In this document: positions 50,314 through 63,448 of the stretch, piece by piece
How the letters are laid out: every line of letters starts with the position of its first letter
Position numbering within the stretch: position 1 is the first letter of the stretch
From: Malacoraja senta
Taxonomy: Eukaryota
Assembly (NCBI GenBank): GCA_038087875.1
Contig: JAXLNO010002777.1
Span: 124,001 to 188,000 of the forward strand
Length of the DNA stretch: 64,000 bases
Reading direction: 5' to 3'
Notes under the pieces: generated by a model
Told to the model about the DNA's origin: nothing
Databases searched by the model: none
The model's input: the letters and a program-made list of their open reading frames with translations, nothing else
Position numbers and translations under genes: made by a program

Positions 50314-50675
50314 NNNNNNNNNNNNNNNNNNNNNNNNNNNNNNNNNNNNNNNNNNNNNNNNNNNNNNNNNNNNNNNNNNNNNNNNNNNNNNNNNNNNNNN
50401 NNNNNNNNNNNNNNNNNNNNNNNNNNNNNNNNNNNNNNNNNNNNNNNNNNNNNNNNNNNNNNNNNNTANNNNNNNNNNNNNNNNNNNNNNNNNNNNNNNN
50501 NNNNNNNNNNNNNNNNNNNNNNNNNNNNNNNNNNNNNNNNNNNNNNNNNNNNNNNNNNNNNNNNNNNNNNNNNNNNNNNNNNNNNNNNNNNNNNNNNNNN
50601 NNNNNNNNNNNNNNNNNNNNNNNNNNNNNNNNNNNNNNNNNNNNNNNNNNNNNNNNNNNNNNNNNNNNNNNNNNN
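50314..50675. other. Assembly gap (N run)
   Basis: N bases, with an isolated 'ta' at 50467-50468. Confidence 0.99.
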
Positions 50676-52106
50676 TATTCCTAATGCATATTTTAGGTAA
50701 GAGCAGCCAAGTATTGAGCTCTAATAGAATCAGCTGTGAAATACAGCCTGATGCTGCTGTTCTCCAGCCCAGTACAAAAGGCTACTTGTAGCCGTGTCAG
50801 TTCTTTGGAAGAGCTCTCCAATAAATCCCACTTCCCTGCTCTTCCCAGAGCCCTGTACTTCTTTCCTTTCACATCTTTATTTCATTCTCTTTTGGATATT
50901 CTGACCGGATTTGCTTCCATCACCCTTCCCTGAATGATAACGTCCCACTGAGGTTTTAAATGTTCTCCTTATTCTCCCACTGACTCCTTAGTAAATTATC
51001 CTAAACCTGAAGAAGGGTCTCGACTCGAAATGTCACCTATACCTTCTCTCCAGAGATGCTGCCCGTCCCGCTGAGTTACTCCAGCTTTTTGCGTCTAGCC
51101 GAACATACATGTTGGGTTAGGACTATTCCTGTGAGTTTGGGGCCATGGAGCTCTGTTTGAGGCAATTGGACGGAGATTTACCCTCAGTCTCAGACAGACA
51201 CAATGCTGGAGTAACTTAGCGGGCCAGGCAGCATCTCTGGAGAGAAGGAATGGGTGACGTTTCGGGTTGGAATCCTTCTTCAGAGTCAAGAGGCATACAA
51301 GAGACTCATAGCGACATACACTAGGACTTCTTCATTTAAGCTTGGAGTGTGTGATGCTGAGCCAAGAGACTGCACTCTGCTGCTGTTTAATGGGTGCATA
51401 ATGAGTGAGTAATGTTGGTGATTTATTGTTTCACAGGAAGGGGAGATTTCTCGTAAGGCTAGTATTTATTGCCGGGACTTAATAATGGGGCCCCATCAGT
51501 AAGAGCTAAGCTGTTTAATCGACATTTGAATTCTTGTTTAGGTCAGTCGGACAACGTATTTCTTAAAACATATTTGTGAACGGGATGGCTTTTCATTGTA
51601 ATCCGATCCGACACAGACCTATACAGGACAGAAACCAGTCCTTTGGCCCAACTTGACCAAGATGCCCCTTCTAAGCTCGTTCCAGTTACCCGCACTTAGC
51701 CCATATATATTCCTCAAAGTCTGCAAAGTTTCATGGTGTAGAGTATTAATAATTAAACATTTAAATATTTCAGACATTGCGGTGGAAATTCAACTCATGT
51801 CTGCAGATTATAAATCTAGGTTTCTGAATTGCTAGTCCGTTAGCATAATCACACTATAGTTGCATTGTTTACTATTCCTCATCATTAACATCCCTGGAAT
51901 TCGCAAGCCAACAGATAAATTGATGATAGACACAAAAATCTGGAGTAACTCAGAGGGTCAGGCAACATCTCTGGAGAAATGGAATAGGTGACGTTTTGGG
52001 TCGAGACCCTTCTTCATATGCTTCAGATTTGGTTGATTTACTAACTAGTAATAGGTTTAAAGTGAGAGAGGAAAGATATAATAGGAACCTGAGATTCTTC
52101 AGAGGG

Positions 52107-52294
52107 GGTGTTTAAGAAGGAACTGCAGATGCTGGAAAATCGAAGGTAGACAAAAATGCTGGAGAAACTCAGCGGGTGCAGCAACATCTATGGAGCGAAG
52201 GAAGAATGGTTTCGGCCCAAAACGTTGCCTATTTCCTTCGCTCCATAGATGCTGCTGCACCCGCTGAGTTTCTCCAGCATTTTTGTGTACCTTC
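52107..52294 (-). mobile_element. Penelope-derived short insertion with inverted segment and 13-bp TSD
   Basis: attcttcagaggg at 52094-52106 and 52295-52307; internal fold-back. Confidence 0.8.
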
Positions 52295-52737
52295 ATTCTT
52301 CAGAGGGAGTCTTCTTCACCCATTCCTTCTCTCCAAAGATGCTGCCTGCCCCGCTGAGTTACTCCAGCATTTTGTGTCTATCTTTGGTTTAAAGCAGCAT
52401 CTGCAAGTTCCTTCCTGCAGATAAGCTACTGGAACAGTTTGGTGTTGCCCTGAATGGTTAGTAAGGAATGGGTTGTTTCCATGGCTCTGAGGAGGTCTAA
52501 GTGGAGAGGAGGTCTAAGTGGAGCGTAGCTAATTTCATGCAACGTGTTGTTGTGCTAATTCGAAGTGACAGAGGTGATACAAGAAGGAGTGAGTGGCAAG
52601 GTGAGTGTCAGGTTGTTTGTCCAAGTTCAGAGATTTGTGACCGGCACATGGATATGCAGGGAATGGAGAGGGTTAGATTATGTGGAAGGAGATAGAAGTT
52701 ACCCTTGGCATCATGTTCGACACAGACATTGTGGGCA

Positions 52738-53085
52738 AGCTAGATGCGGGAAATATGTTCCCAATGTTGGGCGAGTCCAGAACCAGGGGCCACAGTCTTA
52801 GAATAAAGGGGAGGTCATTTAAGACTGAGGTGAGAAAAAACATTTTCGCCCAGAGAGTTGTGAATTTGTGGAATTCCCTGCCACAGAGGGCAGTGGAGGC
52901 CAAGTCACTGGATGGGTTTAAGAGAGAGTTAGATAGAGCTCTAGGGGCTAGTGGAGTCAAGGAATATGGAGAGAAGGCAGGCACGGGTTATTGATAGGGG
53001 ACGATCAGCCATGATCACAATGAATGGCGGTGCTGGCTCGAAGGGCCGAATGGCCTCCTCCTGCACCTATTTTCTATGTTTCTAT
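52738..53085 (+). mobile_element. CR1 LINE 3' fragment
   Basis: LDAGNMFPMLGESRTRGHSLRIKG...QRVVNLWNSLP plus ctatgttt tail. Similar stubs at 18961-19172(-), 47153-47332(+), 20530-20940(+) and 54495-54848(+). Confidence 0.85.
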
Positions 53086-54030
53086 GAAGGGCCTGTTACT
53101 GTCCTGCACTGTTCCATGTTCCATGATGTTAAGTTCAGAAGGCGACAATGCACCAAGTCAGAAGACGAACAGCAGTTCCTTGAAATTTTACTGAACATTA
53201 TTGGAACCGCCCGGGAGGCCAGAGTGGTGAGAACATCCGCAGGCTCAGGGTCACTCTGTGGACTGAAGGGATGTTCTCTGCAAAGCAGCAACCTGTGTCT
53301 GCGTTTGGTTTCCCAATGTTGATGGCACCACGGCGCCAGCATCCAAGTCTAAAACGGAGCACGGCAAAGTTGATTGCTGCTTCGCTGATGTGGGATGAAG
53401 GCAGTAGATTCTCCAACCATCATCCTGGTAACCAGAACCCAACTATCACTAGTAAAAATACATTATCCGATCATTTATACAATATAGAACATGGAACACA
53501 ACAGGTTTGTAGGTCGTTTGGCTTGGTATGAATGTAAAATTGTCCCCAGTGTACAACAGCGCAACACAAGAATGGACCCTACAGCCATCAATGTTTGTGT
53601 CGAACATGATGCCAAGTTTAGCTGATCTCATCTGCCTGTATCTGATCCATATCCCTCTATTCCCCGCACTTCCATGTGACTATTTAAAAGTCTCTTAGAT
53701 GCCACTATTGTATCTGCCACCACCACCACCCCTGGCAAACGTTCTATGCACCCACCACCCTCTGTGTCAACCACTGGTTCATACCCTTTAAACTTTCCCC
53801 CTCGCATCTTAAATCTGTGCCCTCTAGTTTTGGACCCCGAGGAAAAAGATTCTGACTGTCTACCCTCTCATAATATTACATACTTCTATCAGTCTCCCCT
53901 CAACCTCTGACTGTACCTAGGACACGTGACAATAACTAAACCATTTTATTGACCATTGACGTCCCAGAGAATCTCCAACGTTCCAGAGAGTTTATGTTAG
54001 TATTTGTAGTAAACAGAAGCTTAAACATTG

Positions 54031-54160
54031 TCTGAAGAAGGGTCTCGACCCGAAACGTCACCTAACCCTTCGCTCCATAGACGCTGCCTCACCCGCTGAG
54101 TTTCTCCAGCATTTTTGTCTACCTTCGAATTTTCCAGCATCTGCAGTTCTTTCTTAAACA
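54031..54160 (+). mobile_element. Penelope-derived terminus with hammerhead-ribozyme-like core
   Basis: CTGAAGA-A-GGGT(CTCG)ACCC-GAAA-CGTC at 54032-54059; flanking duplication cttaaacattgtctg. Confidence 0.7.
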
Positions 54161-54903
54161 TTGTCTGCTGTGTTTATTCACCAAGAATAAGAGGTGTATG
54201 GTTGACTACCTCATAGAGTCATACAGGACAGAAACAAGCCCTTCGTCCCAACGCTCATGCTGACCGAGATGCCCGTCTACGCGAGTCCCACCTGCCTGCG
54301 TTTGGCCCTTATCCCTCTAAACCTTTCCTATCCTGGTGCCTGTCTAAATATCTTTTAAGTGCTGTTATCGTATCTGCCTCTACTAACTCCTCTGGCAGCT
54401 CATTCCATATACCCACCACCCTCTGTGTGAAAAGATTTGCCTGTCAGGTTCCTATTAAATCTTTTTCCTCTCACCTCCTACAAATGAATTTGTCCATACA
54501 CAAAATCATGAGAGGAAGAGATTGGGTTAGATGCACAGTCTCTTGTCCAGAGTTGAGGAATTGAAAACATGAGGACATCGGTTTAAGGTGAGGGGGGAAT
54601 ATTTAATAGGAACCTGAGGGGTAACATTTTTTACACAAAGGGTGGTGGGTGTATGGAACGAGCTGCTGGAGGAGGCAGTTCAGGCAGGCACTATCGCAAC
54701 GTTTAAGAAACAGTTAGACAGGTACATTGGTAGGACAGGTTTGGAAGGATATGGACCAAACGCGAGCAGGTGGGACTGGTGTAGATGGGGCATGTTGGTC
54801 AGTGTGGGCAAGTTGGCCTGAAGGGCCTGTTTCCACGCTGTATGACACTTTGACACACTTTGTTTTTTTTGTACTTGGTAAAAGTTGTACTCGTAGTATC
54901 AGT

Positions 54904-55219
54904 GGCAGCACGGTGGTGCAGCGGTAGAGTTGCTGCCTCACAGCGCCGGAGACCCGGGTTCGATCCCGACTACGGGTGCTGTCTGTACGGTGTTTGTATG
55001 TTCTCCCCGTGACCTGCGTGGGTTTTCTTTGAGATCTTCGGTTTCCTCCCACACTCCAAAGACGCGCAGGTTTGCAGGTTAATTAGTTTGGTATAAATGT
55101 AAATTGTCCCTAGTGTGTGTAGGATAGTGTTAGTGTGCGGGGATCGCTGGTCGGCACGGACTCGGTGGGCTGAAAGGCCTGTTTCCGTGCTGTATCTCTA
55201 AACTAAACTAAACTAAACT
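54904..55219 (+). mobile_element. Full-length tRNA-derived V-SINE (HE1-like)
   Basis: A box tggtgcagcgg, B box ggttcgatccc, V-domain ttctccccgtgacctgcgtgggttt...tcccacactccaaagac, CR1-like 3' end and (taaac)n tail. Confidence 0.85.
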
Positions 55220-57464
55220 GTCGATCACATTTCAGAATGTCGCAGTGTGTGGTCTTCCAACTCCTGCCTGAACCGCCTGTGAGGCAACAGCAGGACACAG
55301 GTTGCCTTGGCAACACAGGCGGATCAGGAGAGGCAGTCGAGCAGCAAGGGCTTTCGCCGAGTGACAGCTAAGGACACACATGTCAGGCCTTGTCATCTCC
55401 TACCCAACTCGTGAGAAGTTGTTGCTGAGCAACAATGACTGAAGTCATAGAGTTTTGTATCTCTAAACTAAACTAAACATGGAAACAGGCCCTTCAGCTC
55501 AACTTGACCCATGCCAACCAACATGCCCCATCTACACTAATCCCACCTGCCCACGCCAACCAACATGCCCCAACTACACTAGTCCCAACTTGATCACGCC
55601 AACCAACATGCCCCATCTACACTAGTCCCACCTGCCCACGCCAACCAACATGCCCCATCTACACTAGTCCCACCTGCCCGCGGTTGGCCCATATCTCTCT
55701 AAACCTGTCCTACCCATGTACCTGTCTAAATGTTTCGTAAACGTTGCAATAGTAACGGGAAAGTCTGAAGGTTCCCGAACCGAAACGTCACCTAGCCTTG
55801 ATCTCCAGAGATGCTGCCTGACCCGCTGAGTTCCTCCAGCACTCTGTGAAACGTCACCTATCCATGTTCCCCACAGATGCTCCCTCACCCGCTGAGTTAC
55901 TCCAGCACTCTGTGTCTAACATTGACATGTTGCAGTTTGCTTGCATACTGGAGTTAAAGAGGAAGACATGAGGATGTTATACCCAGAGTGTCGAGAGTCA
56001 ATAATGTTATATTCACACATGTTCCAAAACAGAACAGTGAATGTCTTACATGTTGGAGCATAACACATCTGTAAACACAGGACTCATAAGTTCACAATAA
56101 ATTCTTAAGTGATAGGAGCATAATTAGGCCATTTGACCCATCAAGTCTACTCCGCCATTCAATCATGGCTGATCTATCTTTCCCTCTCAACCACATTCTC
56201 CAGCCTTTTCCCCATAACCCCTGACACCTGTACTAATCAAGAATTAGTGGATAACATAATTTTTAAAAAATTTAAAAAAGTTCAAAAGATGTCCAAAGTC
56301 CTTATTGACAATTAAGAACAGGCAGGGAACACAATCCAGCCTCCAATTGCTCAGAAATTGTCAGCAAACAAGCCAAAGTGCTGGAGGAACTCAGCATCTG
56401 TGGAGGGAAATGGACTTGCAACGTGTCAGGTCAGGATTTTACTCCAGTCTGAAGAAGGACCCCAACCTGAAACATCACCTGCCCATTCCCTCCACAGATG
56501 CTGCCCGGCCCGCTGAGTTCATCCAGAAATTTGTGCTTTGCTCAAGATTCCTGCGTCAACACTTCCTTGTGTCTCCCTTTTGTTGTTTCAAAATCCTAGC
56601 ACCTGATTCACTCATTAGTCCGGAATATGTGCACGCAAAGTTGGAGTTGATGTCTAGAACACATGTTTAGCCACATGTTTAGTTTACTTTAGTTTAGAGA
56701 TACAACATGCAAACAGGCCCTTTGGCCCACCGAGTCCATGCTGACCAGCGATCCCTGTACACCAGCAATATCCTACACACTACGGATAATGTTATAATTT
56801 TACAAAGCCAATTAACCTACAAACTCTTTGGAGTGTGGGAGGAAACCGGAGCATCCAGAGGAAACTCATGCAGGTCACGGGGAGAACGTACAAACTCCGT
56901 ACAGACAGCACCAATAGTTAATTTTGAACCCGGGTCTCAACTCTACTGCTACGCCACTGTGCAGGCCTGGGTTTGTGGCTGGAGCCAGAGCCAAGACAAC
57001 TTATGTATTTCCAGCACTCTAAACTGACCAAGTTCACTGGAAAAAATATTATACTATTCTGTAACATGTACATAAGTGAAAGAAAGTGTTTTGTGTATTA
57101 TTTAAGAGAAAACATCCTAAAATTCAGAATATCTGCTTGTATGGCAAGACCAAAGTCTCCACGTGTGCCAGAGTTTCAGATGGATGTCCAGTGTAAATGT
57201 GACATAAAATGCCGGAAGGTATATAAAGGCAGCATCTCTGGAGAGAAGGAATGGGTGAAGAAGGGTCTTGACCTGAAACGTCACCCATTCCTTCTCTCCA
57301 GAGATGCTGCCTGACCCGCTGAATTACTCCAGCATTTTGTGTATATCTTCGGCTTAAACCAGCATCTGCAGTTCCTTGCTGCACGTCCAGTGTAAGCGTG
57401 GTGTATGACCTGGGACAGGCTGGCCAATGCTGATGGCCCTTTGGGACAACTTTTCCCTGAGTGA

Positions 57465-58645
57465 CAGTGGTCACACATTGGTGATGGTGATCACAAGTTG
57501 ATAACAGTGATCACATTGATGATAGTAGTCACAAATTGGTGATGGTGATCACAGGATGATGGTGATCAAGTTGACGATGATGATCAAGTTGATGATGGTG
57601 ATCACATTGATGATGGTGATCAAGTTGATGATGGTGATCAAGTTGTTGATGATGATCAAGTTGATGATGGTGATCACATTGATGATGGTGATCACGTTGA
57701 TGATGGTGATCATGTTGATGATGGTGATCAAGTTGATGATGGTGATCACGTTTATGATGGTGATCAAGTTGATGATGGTGATCATGTTTATGATGGTGAT
57801 CAAGTTGATGATGGTGATCACGTTGATGATGGTGATCACGTTGATGAGGGTGATCATGTTGATGATGGTGATCACGTTGATGATGGTGATCACGTTGATG
57901 ATGGTGATCATGTTGATGATGGTGATCACGTTGATGATGGTGATCACGTTGATGATGGTGATCACACGTTGATGATGATGATCAAGTTGATGATGGTGAT
58001 CACGTTGATGATGGTGATCACACGTTGATGATGGTGATCACATTGATGATGGTGATCAAGTTGATGATGGTGATCACACGTTGATGATGGTGACCACGTT
58101 GATGATGGTGATCACATTGATGATGGTGATCACGTTGATGATGGTGATCACGTTGATGATGGTGATCACGTTGATGATGGTGATCAAGTTGATGATGGTG
58201 ATCACACGTTGATGATGGTGACCACGTTGATGATGGTGATCACACGTTGATGATGGTGATCACACGTTGATGATGGTGATCAAGTTGACGATGGTGATCA
58301 TGTTGATGATGGTGACCACGTTGATGATGGTGATCAAGTTGATGATGGTGATCACAAGTTGATGATGGTGATCAAGTTGATGATGGTGATCAAGTTGATG
58401 ATGGTGATCACACGTTGATGATGGTGACCACGTTGATGATGGTGATCACGTTGATGATGGTGATCAAGTTGATGATGGTGATCACACGTTGATGATGGTG
58501 ACCACGTTGATGATGGTGATCACACGTTGATGATGGTGATCACGTTGACGATGGTGATCAAGTTGACGATGGTGATCACGTTGATGATGGTGATCAAGTT
58601 GACGATGGTGATCAAGTTGACGATGGTGATCACACATTGATGGTG
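57465..58645 (+). repeat. 18-bp minisatellite (gatgatggtgatcacgtt)n, roughly 60 copies
   Basis: Directly visible, with variants cac/caa/cat and 20-bp units (cacac). Confidence 0.95.
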
Positions 58646-61600
58646 TTGGGATATTTTTAAACCTTTATCTTTGCATAGTTTGACCTTTAAAAGAGGCTGA
58701 ACAGCCAGGATCATGTCTTATTCAAAAGGCCGAGGCATAAATGTTTTTCACTACTGTGGGAGGCAGGTTAGATTCTTGTTTACGTTTTGGAATAAAACTT
58801 GAATATAATATCCCAAGGCAGTGAAGACTGTGGAGAAAATGATACCAAGTTGAAGGTTATTGTCATATGCACGGGCCAGTGAGATATAAAATAACTGGTT
58901 TGCAGCAGCAACACAACAACAAACTACACATAAACTACACAATTAATTCTAAAAGAAAGAAGACTATGCAAAAAAGAAAACATTAATGCAAAAACATAAT
59001 TAGAACAATGAACGTCAATTGTAGTTTAGGGGAGGATTATAGTGACCTGCTGTTGAGGTAATATTAGGGTTACGTAGGAAAGACACAAAGTGTACGGGGT
59101 GATCGCTGGTTGGCGCGGACTCGATGGGCCGAAGGGCCTTTATTCACTCTATACTAAACTAACTTAGTGCGAAGATAGACACAAAAAGCTGGAGTGACTC
59201 ATCGGGTCAGGCAGCATCTCTGGCGAAAAATAATATGTGGCGTTTCGGGCCGAGACCCTTCTTCAGGCTGAGTCAGGGGAGAGGGAAACGAGAAATATAG
59301 ACGGTACATAGAACAAATGAATGAAAGACGAGCAAAAAGCAACGATGATCTAGAAAAGGTGGAGCCCACAATGGTCCATTGTTGGCTGTGGGCTAGGTGA
59401 TAACGAGTGATACTGACAGTGAAACTCATCCAGATGACAGTGAAACTAGTACAACAACTAGGGTGGAGAAGAGACGGGGAGAGTGCGGCTGTAAGGGATA
59501 CTTGGTTAGAGAACTCAAAGAAGGGACTCGATCTGAAACATCACCCATTCCTTCTCTCCAGAGATGCTGCCTGTCCCGCTGAGTTATTCCAGCATTTTGT
59601 GTCTATCTTCAATATTCACTCCACTGGGGTGTAAGATGCCGAAATGAAATATGAGGTGGTGTTCCTCCAATTTGTATTTGGCCCCACTCTGAGAGTGGAG
59701 GAGGGCCAGGACAGAAAGATCAGTGTGGGAGTGGGGAGGGGAGTTAAAGTGTTTAGCAACTGGGAGATCATGTAGGTCCAGGCGGACTGAGCGAATGTGT
59801 TCAGCGAAACGATGGCCCAGTCGCCGCTATGAAAGAGTCCACGCCTGGAACAGCGGATATATCGTGTTTGCAGCCGGAAAGCAGGTCACACGGAAATGTT
59901 TAGTATATTTCTGTTCGTGGGACTTTGTTCTGCAAAGTTGGCTGCAAATTTGTGCTCACACAGGTCCCATGAACAGCTTGTTTCCGCGCTGTATCTCTAA
60001 AACGTTTTAAAAAACTAAATGAATAACGAACTAAAAAAAAATACTTTTGGAAACTGAAACGAAAATAGGAAATATTGGATTCTCGAAGGACCATGGAATG
60101 ACAGATGGAATGAATGTTTCAGCTTTATGGCCTTTCACAGGGATACAGGCCCAGTGCTGGAAAGTGGGGCTAGGTGGGCAGCTTGATGTGTTTCATGATG
60201 GGCTGAATGGCTTTCTGTGCCTCAATGTTCTATGATGCTGGGATTGTACTGAATATGTGTGACCAAAGCCAACATCTGTGCACGCGTGCTCATGTGTGCG
60301 TTTGTGCCTGCACACACGTGTGTGCAAGCATGCGCATGCACGTGATTCTGTTTGTCTTACACAGCTGTGTGTGAAGAAGGGTCTCGACCCGAAAAGTCAC
60401 CCATTCTTTCTCTCCAGAGATGCTGCCAGTCCCGCTGAGTTACTCCAGCATTTTGTGTCTATCTTCGGTTTAAACCAGCATGGCAAAGCATTGTGTAGGA
60501 AAGAACTGCAGATGCTGGTTTAAATCGAAGATACACTCTAGACACAAAATGCTGGAGTAACTCAGCGGGACAGGCAGCATCTCTGGAGAGAAGTAATGGG
60601 TGACGTTTTGGGTTGAGACCCTTCTTCGACTTCTGCAGTTCCTTCCTGCACACAGCTGTGTGTGTCTGCCATTGTGTCTGTCTGTGTCTTTATGTATGTA
60701 TGTATGTATGTATGCGTGTGAATGCTGCTTGTACATGTGTATGTGTGTGAGGGAGACAGTGCGTCTCTGTTTGTGAGTGTATGAATCAGTCTGTTAGTGT
60801 ATGCCTGTGTGTTCAGAACTGGTCACAGTTCTTCACGTGGTGTTTGACTGAAACTGTGCAACTCACAGATAACTTGCTTAAGGTCACAAGTGATAGGAAC
60901 AGAATTAGGCCATTCGGCCCATCAAGTCTACTCCGCCATTCAATCATGGCTGATCTATCTCTCCCTCCTAACCCCATTCTCCTGCCTTCTCCCCATAACT
61001 CCCGACACCCGTACTAATCATGTTTCCTGTCATGGCTCCCACAGTCTTGTAGACATCAAGTGTTAAAACAAGCATCTTATGTAATATGATGGGAGGTTGT
61101 GAAAATCGAGAGAAAAAAGGAGAAGGGGAAAGTGATAGCTCTTTTTAAAAGAAGTATTTTCACTTGTTTATCAGGTTTTTAAAAAATAAAATTATAGGTT
61201 GAAATAATCATTAATAAAAGGGGGGGGGCTCAGTAGTACATTTGGTAAAGCCACTGCCTCACGGCACCCAGGCTCAATCCTTATCTTGAGTGCTGCCTGT
61301 GTGGAGTTTGTACGTTCTCCCTGTGACCACGTGAGTTCCCCCTTGGTGCTCCGGTTTCCTCCCACATCCCAAAGACGTGCGGGTTTGTAGATTGATCGGC
61401 CCTCTGTAAATTGCCCCCTAGTGTGTAGGGAGTGGATGAGAAAGTGGGATAACACAGAACTAGTGTGAATGGGTGATCGATGGTCTGTGCAAACTCGGTG
61501 GGCTGAAGGGCCTGTATCCATGGTGTATCTCTAAACTAAATTATACGAACTAATTGGAACTGTTCTCCTGTCTTTACCTTGCACGGTTCCAGCTTCTGCT

Positions 61601-62564
61601 CACTGATGTGACCAAGGAGAGGTGCCATAAATTGGCGGGAGGTCCCTCTCCTTCCCCTCCGTCGGCTGTCCACTGACGGTGAAATCATCGAGATTCCTCA
61701 ATCACCAGATCTCTGGGGTGCAACGATTCTTCTCTCTGATCTCATGACTGAGGTGAGTTCATCTCTCCCCTCCTCCGCCCCCCCCTCCCCCCCTCCCCTC
61801 CCCTTCCACCTACATTCCTTCCTCCAGCTTCACAATTTGCAACTCTTCAATCCTTTTGTCTCGCACCTTCTGTCTTTTCATCTCTGGCCTTTGTCCAACC
61901 ATCTGCCCATCTTTAGACTTTAGATATACAGAGTGGAATCAGGCCCTTTGACCCACCGAGTCCGCGCCGACCAGAAATCACCCCGTACGCTAACACTATC
62001 CTACACATACAGAAGCCAATTAACCTATAAAACCTGTATGTATTTGGAGTGTGGGAGGAAACCGGAACACCCAGAGAAAACCCACGTGGTCACGGGAAAA
62101 ACGTACAAACTCTGTACAGACAACACCTGTAGTCAGGATAGAACCCGGGTCTCTGGCACTGTGAGGCAGCAACTCTACCGCTGCACCACCGTGCCGGCCT
62201 CTAGCAAACCGCACCCCCCCCCCCCTCCTCTCCTGTATCAACCTATTTCCTGCCAGGCTTTGTCCTGTCCCTCCTCTCTTCCAGCTTTCTTTCTCCCAGT
62301 CTGAAGAAGACCCGAAACGCCACCTATCCATGCTCTCCAGAAATGCTGCCTAACCTGCTGTCACTCCAGCATTTTGTGTCATTTTTCGTGAACCAGCATC
62401 TGAACTTCCTTGTTTCTAAAATAACACCCCCCCCCCAACCCCCGCTTCAAACCCTTGATTATATCCCGACCCACAGCTCACTAATGCACCTGGAATTTTA
62501 AACAAATGCCCCTCAATCAAGGAGCACTCAGTAAGTCATTCAGCCTTGTTGCGCACATACCCCT

Positions 62565-62896
62565 NNNNNNNNNNNNNNNNNNNNNNNNNNNNNNNNNNNN
62601 NNNNNNNNNNNNNNNNNNNNNNNNNNNNNNNNNNNNNNNNNNNNNNNNNNNNNNNNNNNNNNNNNNNNNNNNNNNNNNNNNNNNNNNNNNNNNNNNNNNN
62701 NNNNNNNNNNNNNNNNNNNNNNNNNNNNNNNNNNNNNNNNNNNNNNNNNNNNNNNNNNNNNNNNNNNNNNNNNNNNNNNNNNNNNNNNNNNNNNNNNNNN
62801 NNNNNNNNNNNNNNNNNNNNNNNNNNNNNNNNNNNNNNNNNNNNNNNNNNNNNNNNNNNNNNNNNNNNNNNNNNNNNNNNNNNNNNNNNNNNNNNN
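62565..62896. other. Assembly gap (N run)
   Basis: N bases. Confidence 0.99.
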
Positions 62897-62933
62897 CACA
62901 ATGCATTGACTACGCTGACGGCAGAACTGAGGG

Positions 62934-63251
62934 CGGGCACGGTGGCTCAACGGTAGAGTCGCTGCCTTACAGCGCTTGCAGCGCCTGAGGCCCGGGTTCC
63001 ATCCCGACTACGGGGGCTGTCTGTACGGAGTCTGTATGTTCTCCCCGTGACCTGCGTGGGTTTTCTCCAAGATCTTCGGTTTCATCCCACACTCCAAAGA
63101 CGTGCAGGTTTGTAGGTTGATTGGTTTGGTATAAATGTAAAATTGTCCCCAGTGTGTGTTGGATAGTGTTAGTGTGCGGGGATCGCTGGTCGGCACGGAC
63201 CCGGTGGGCCGAAGGGCCTGTTACCGCGCTGTATCACTAAACTAAACTAAA
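62934..63251 (+). mobile_element. Full-length V-SINE
   Basis: Same architecture as 54904-55219. Confidence 0.85.
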
Positions 63252-63448
63252 AACAACAGTTGACCCTGTTGAAGTGGAGTGGACGATAGTTACATTCTCA
63301 CAATGAGCTGACAATGTCACACTGGAGAGAAGGCACCAGCTCCAAGCATATTCCGTCCATGGCTCAGATAGCCCTCTGTGCTGACCCTGAACTGAACCCT
63401 GTGTCCGTGCTTTATCTCTAATCTAAACTGAACTCCTTGCTGTGTTAG

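Noticed and set aside
50292-50684. ORFs spanning N runs (also 62506-62988)
   Set aside because: Artefacts of assembly gaps.
54904-54975. tRNA genes (A/B boxes here and at similar sites)
   Set aside because: They are heads of V-SINEs, continuing into the V-domain and a LINE-derived tail.
57549-57972. 138-aa ORFs (MMVITL)n and (MITIIN)n on both strands
   Set aside because: By-products of an 18-bp minisatellite; frame broken by 20-bp units; no splice or start context.
49200-63448. Remnants of paired-box exons 5, 5a and 6
   Set aside because: None recognisable by eye or in the ORF track; the two N gaps cannot be assessed.
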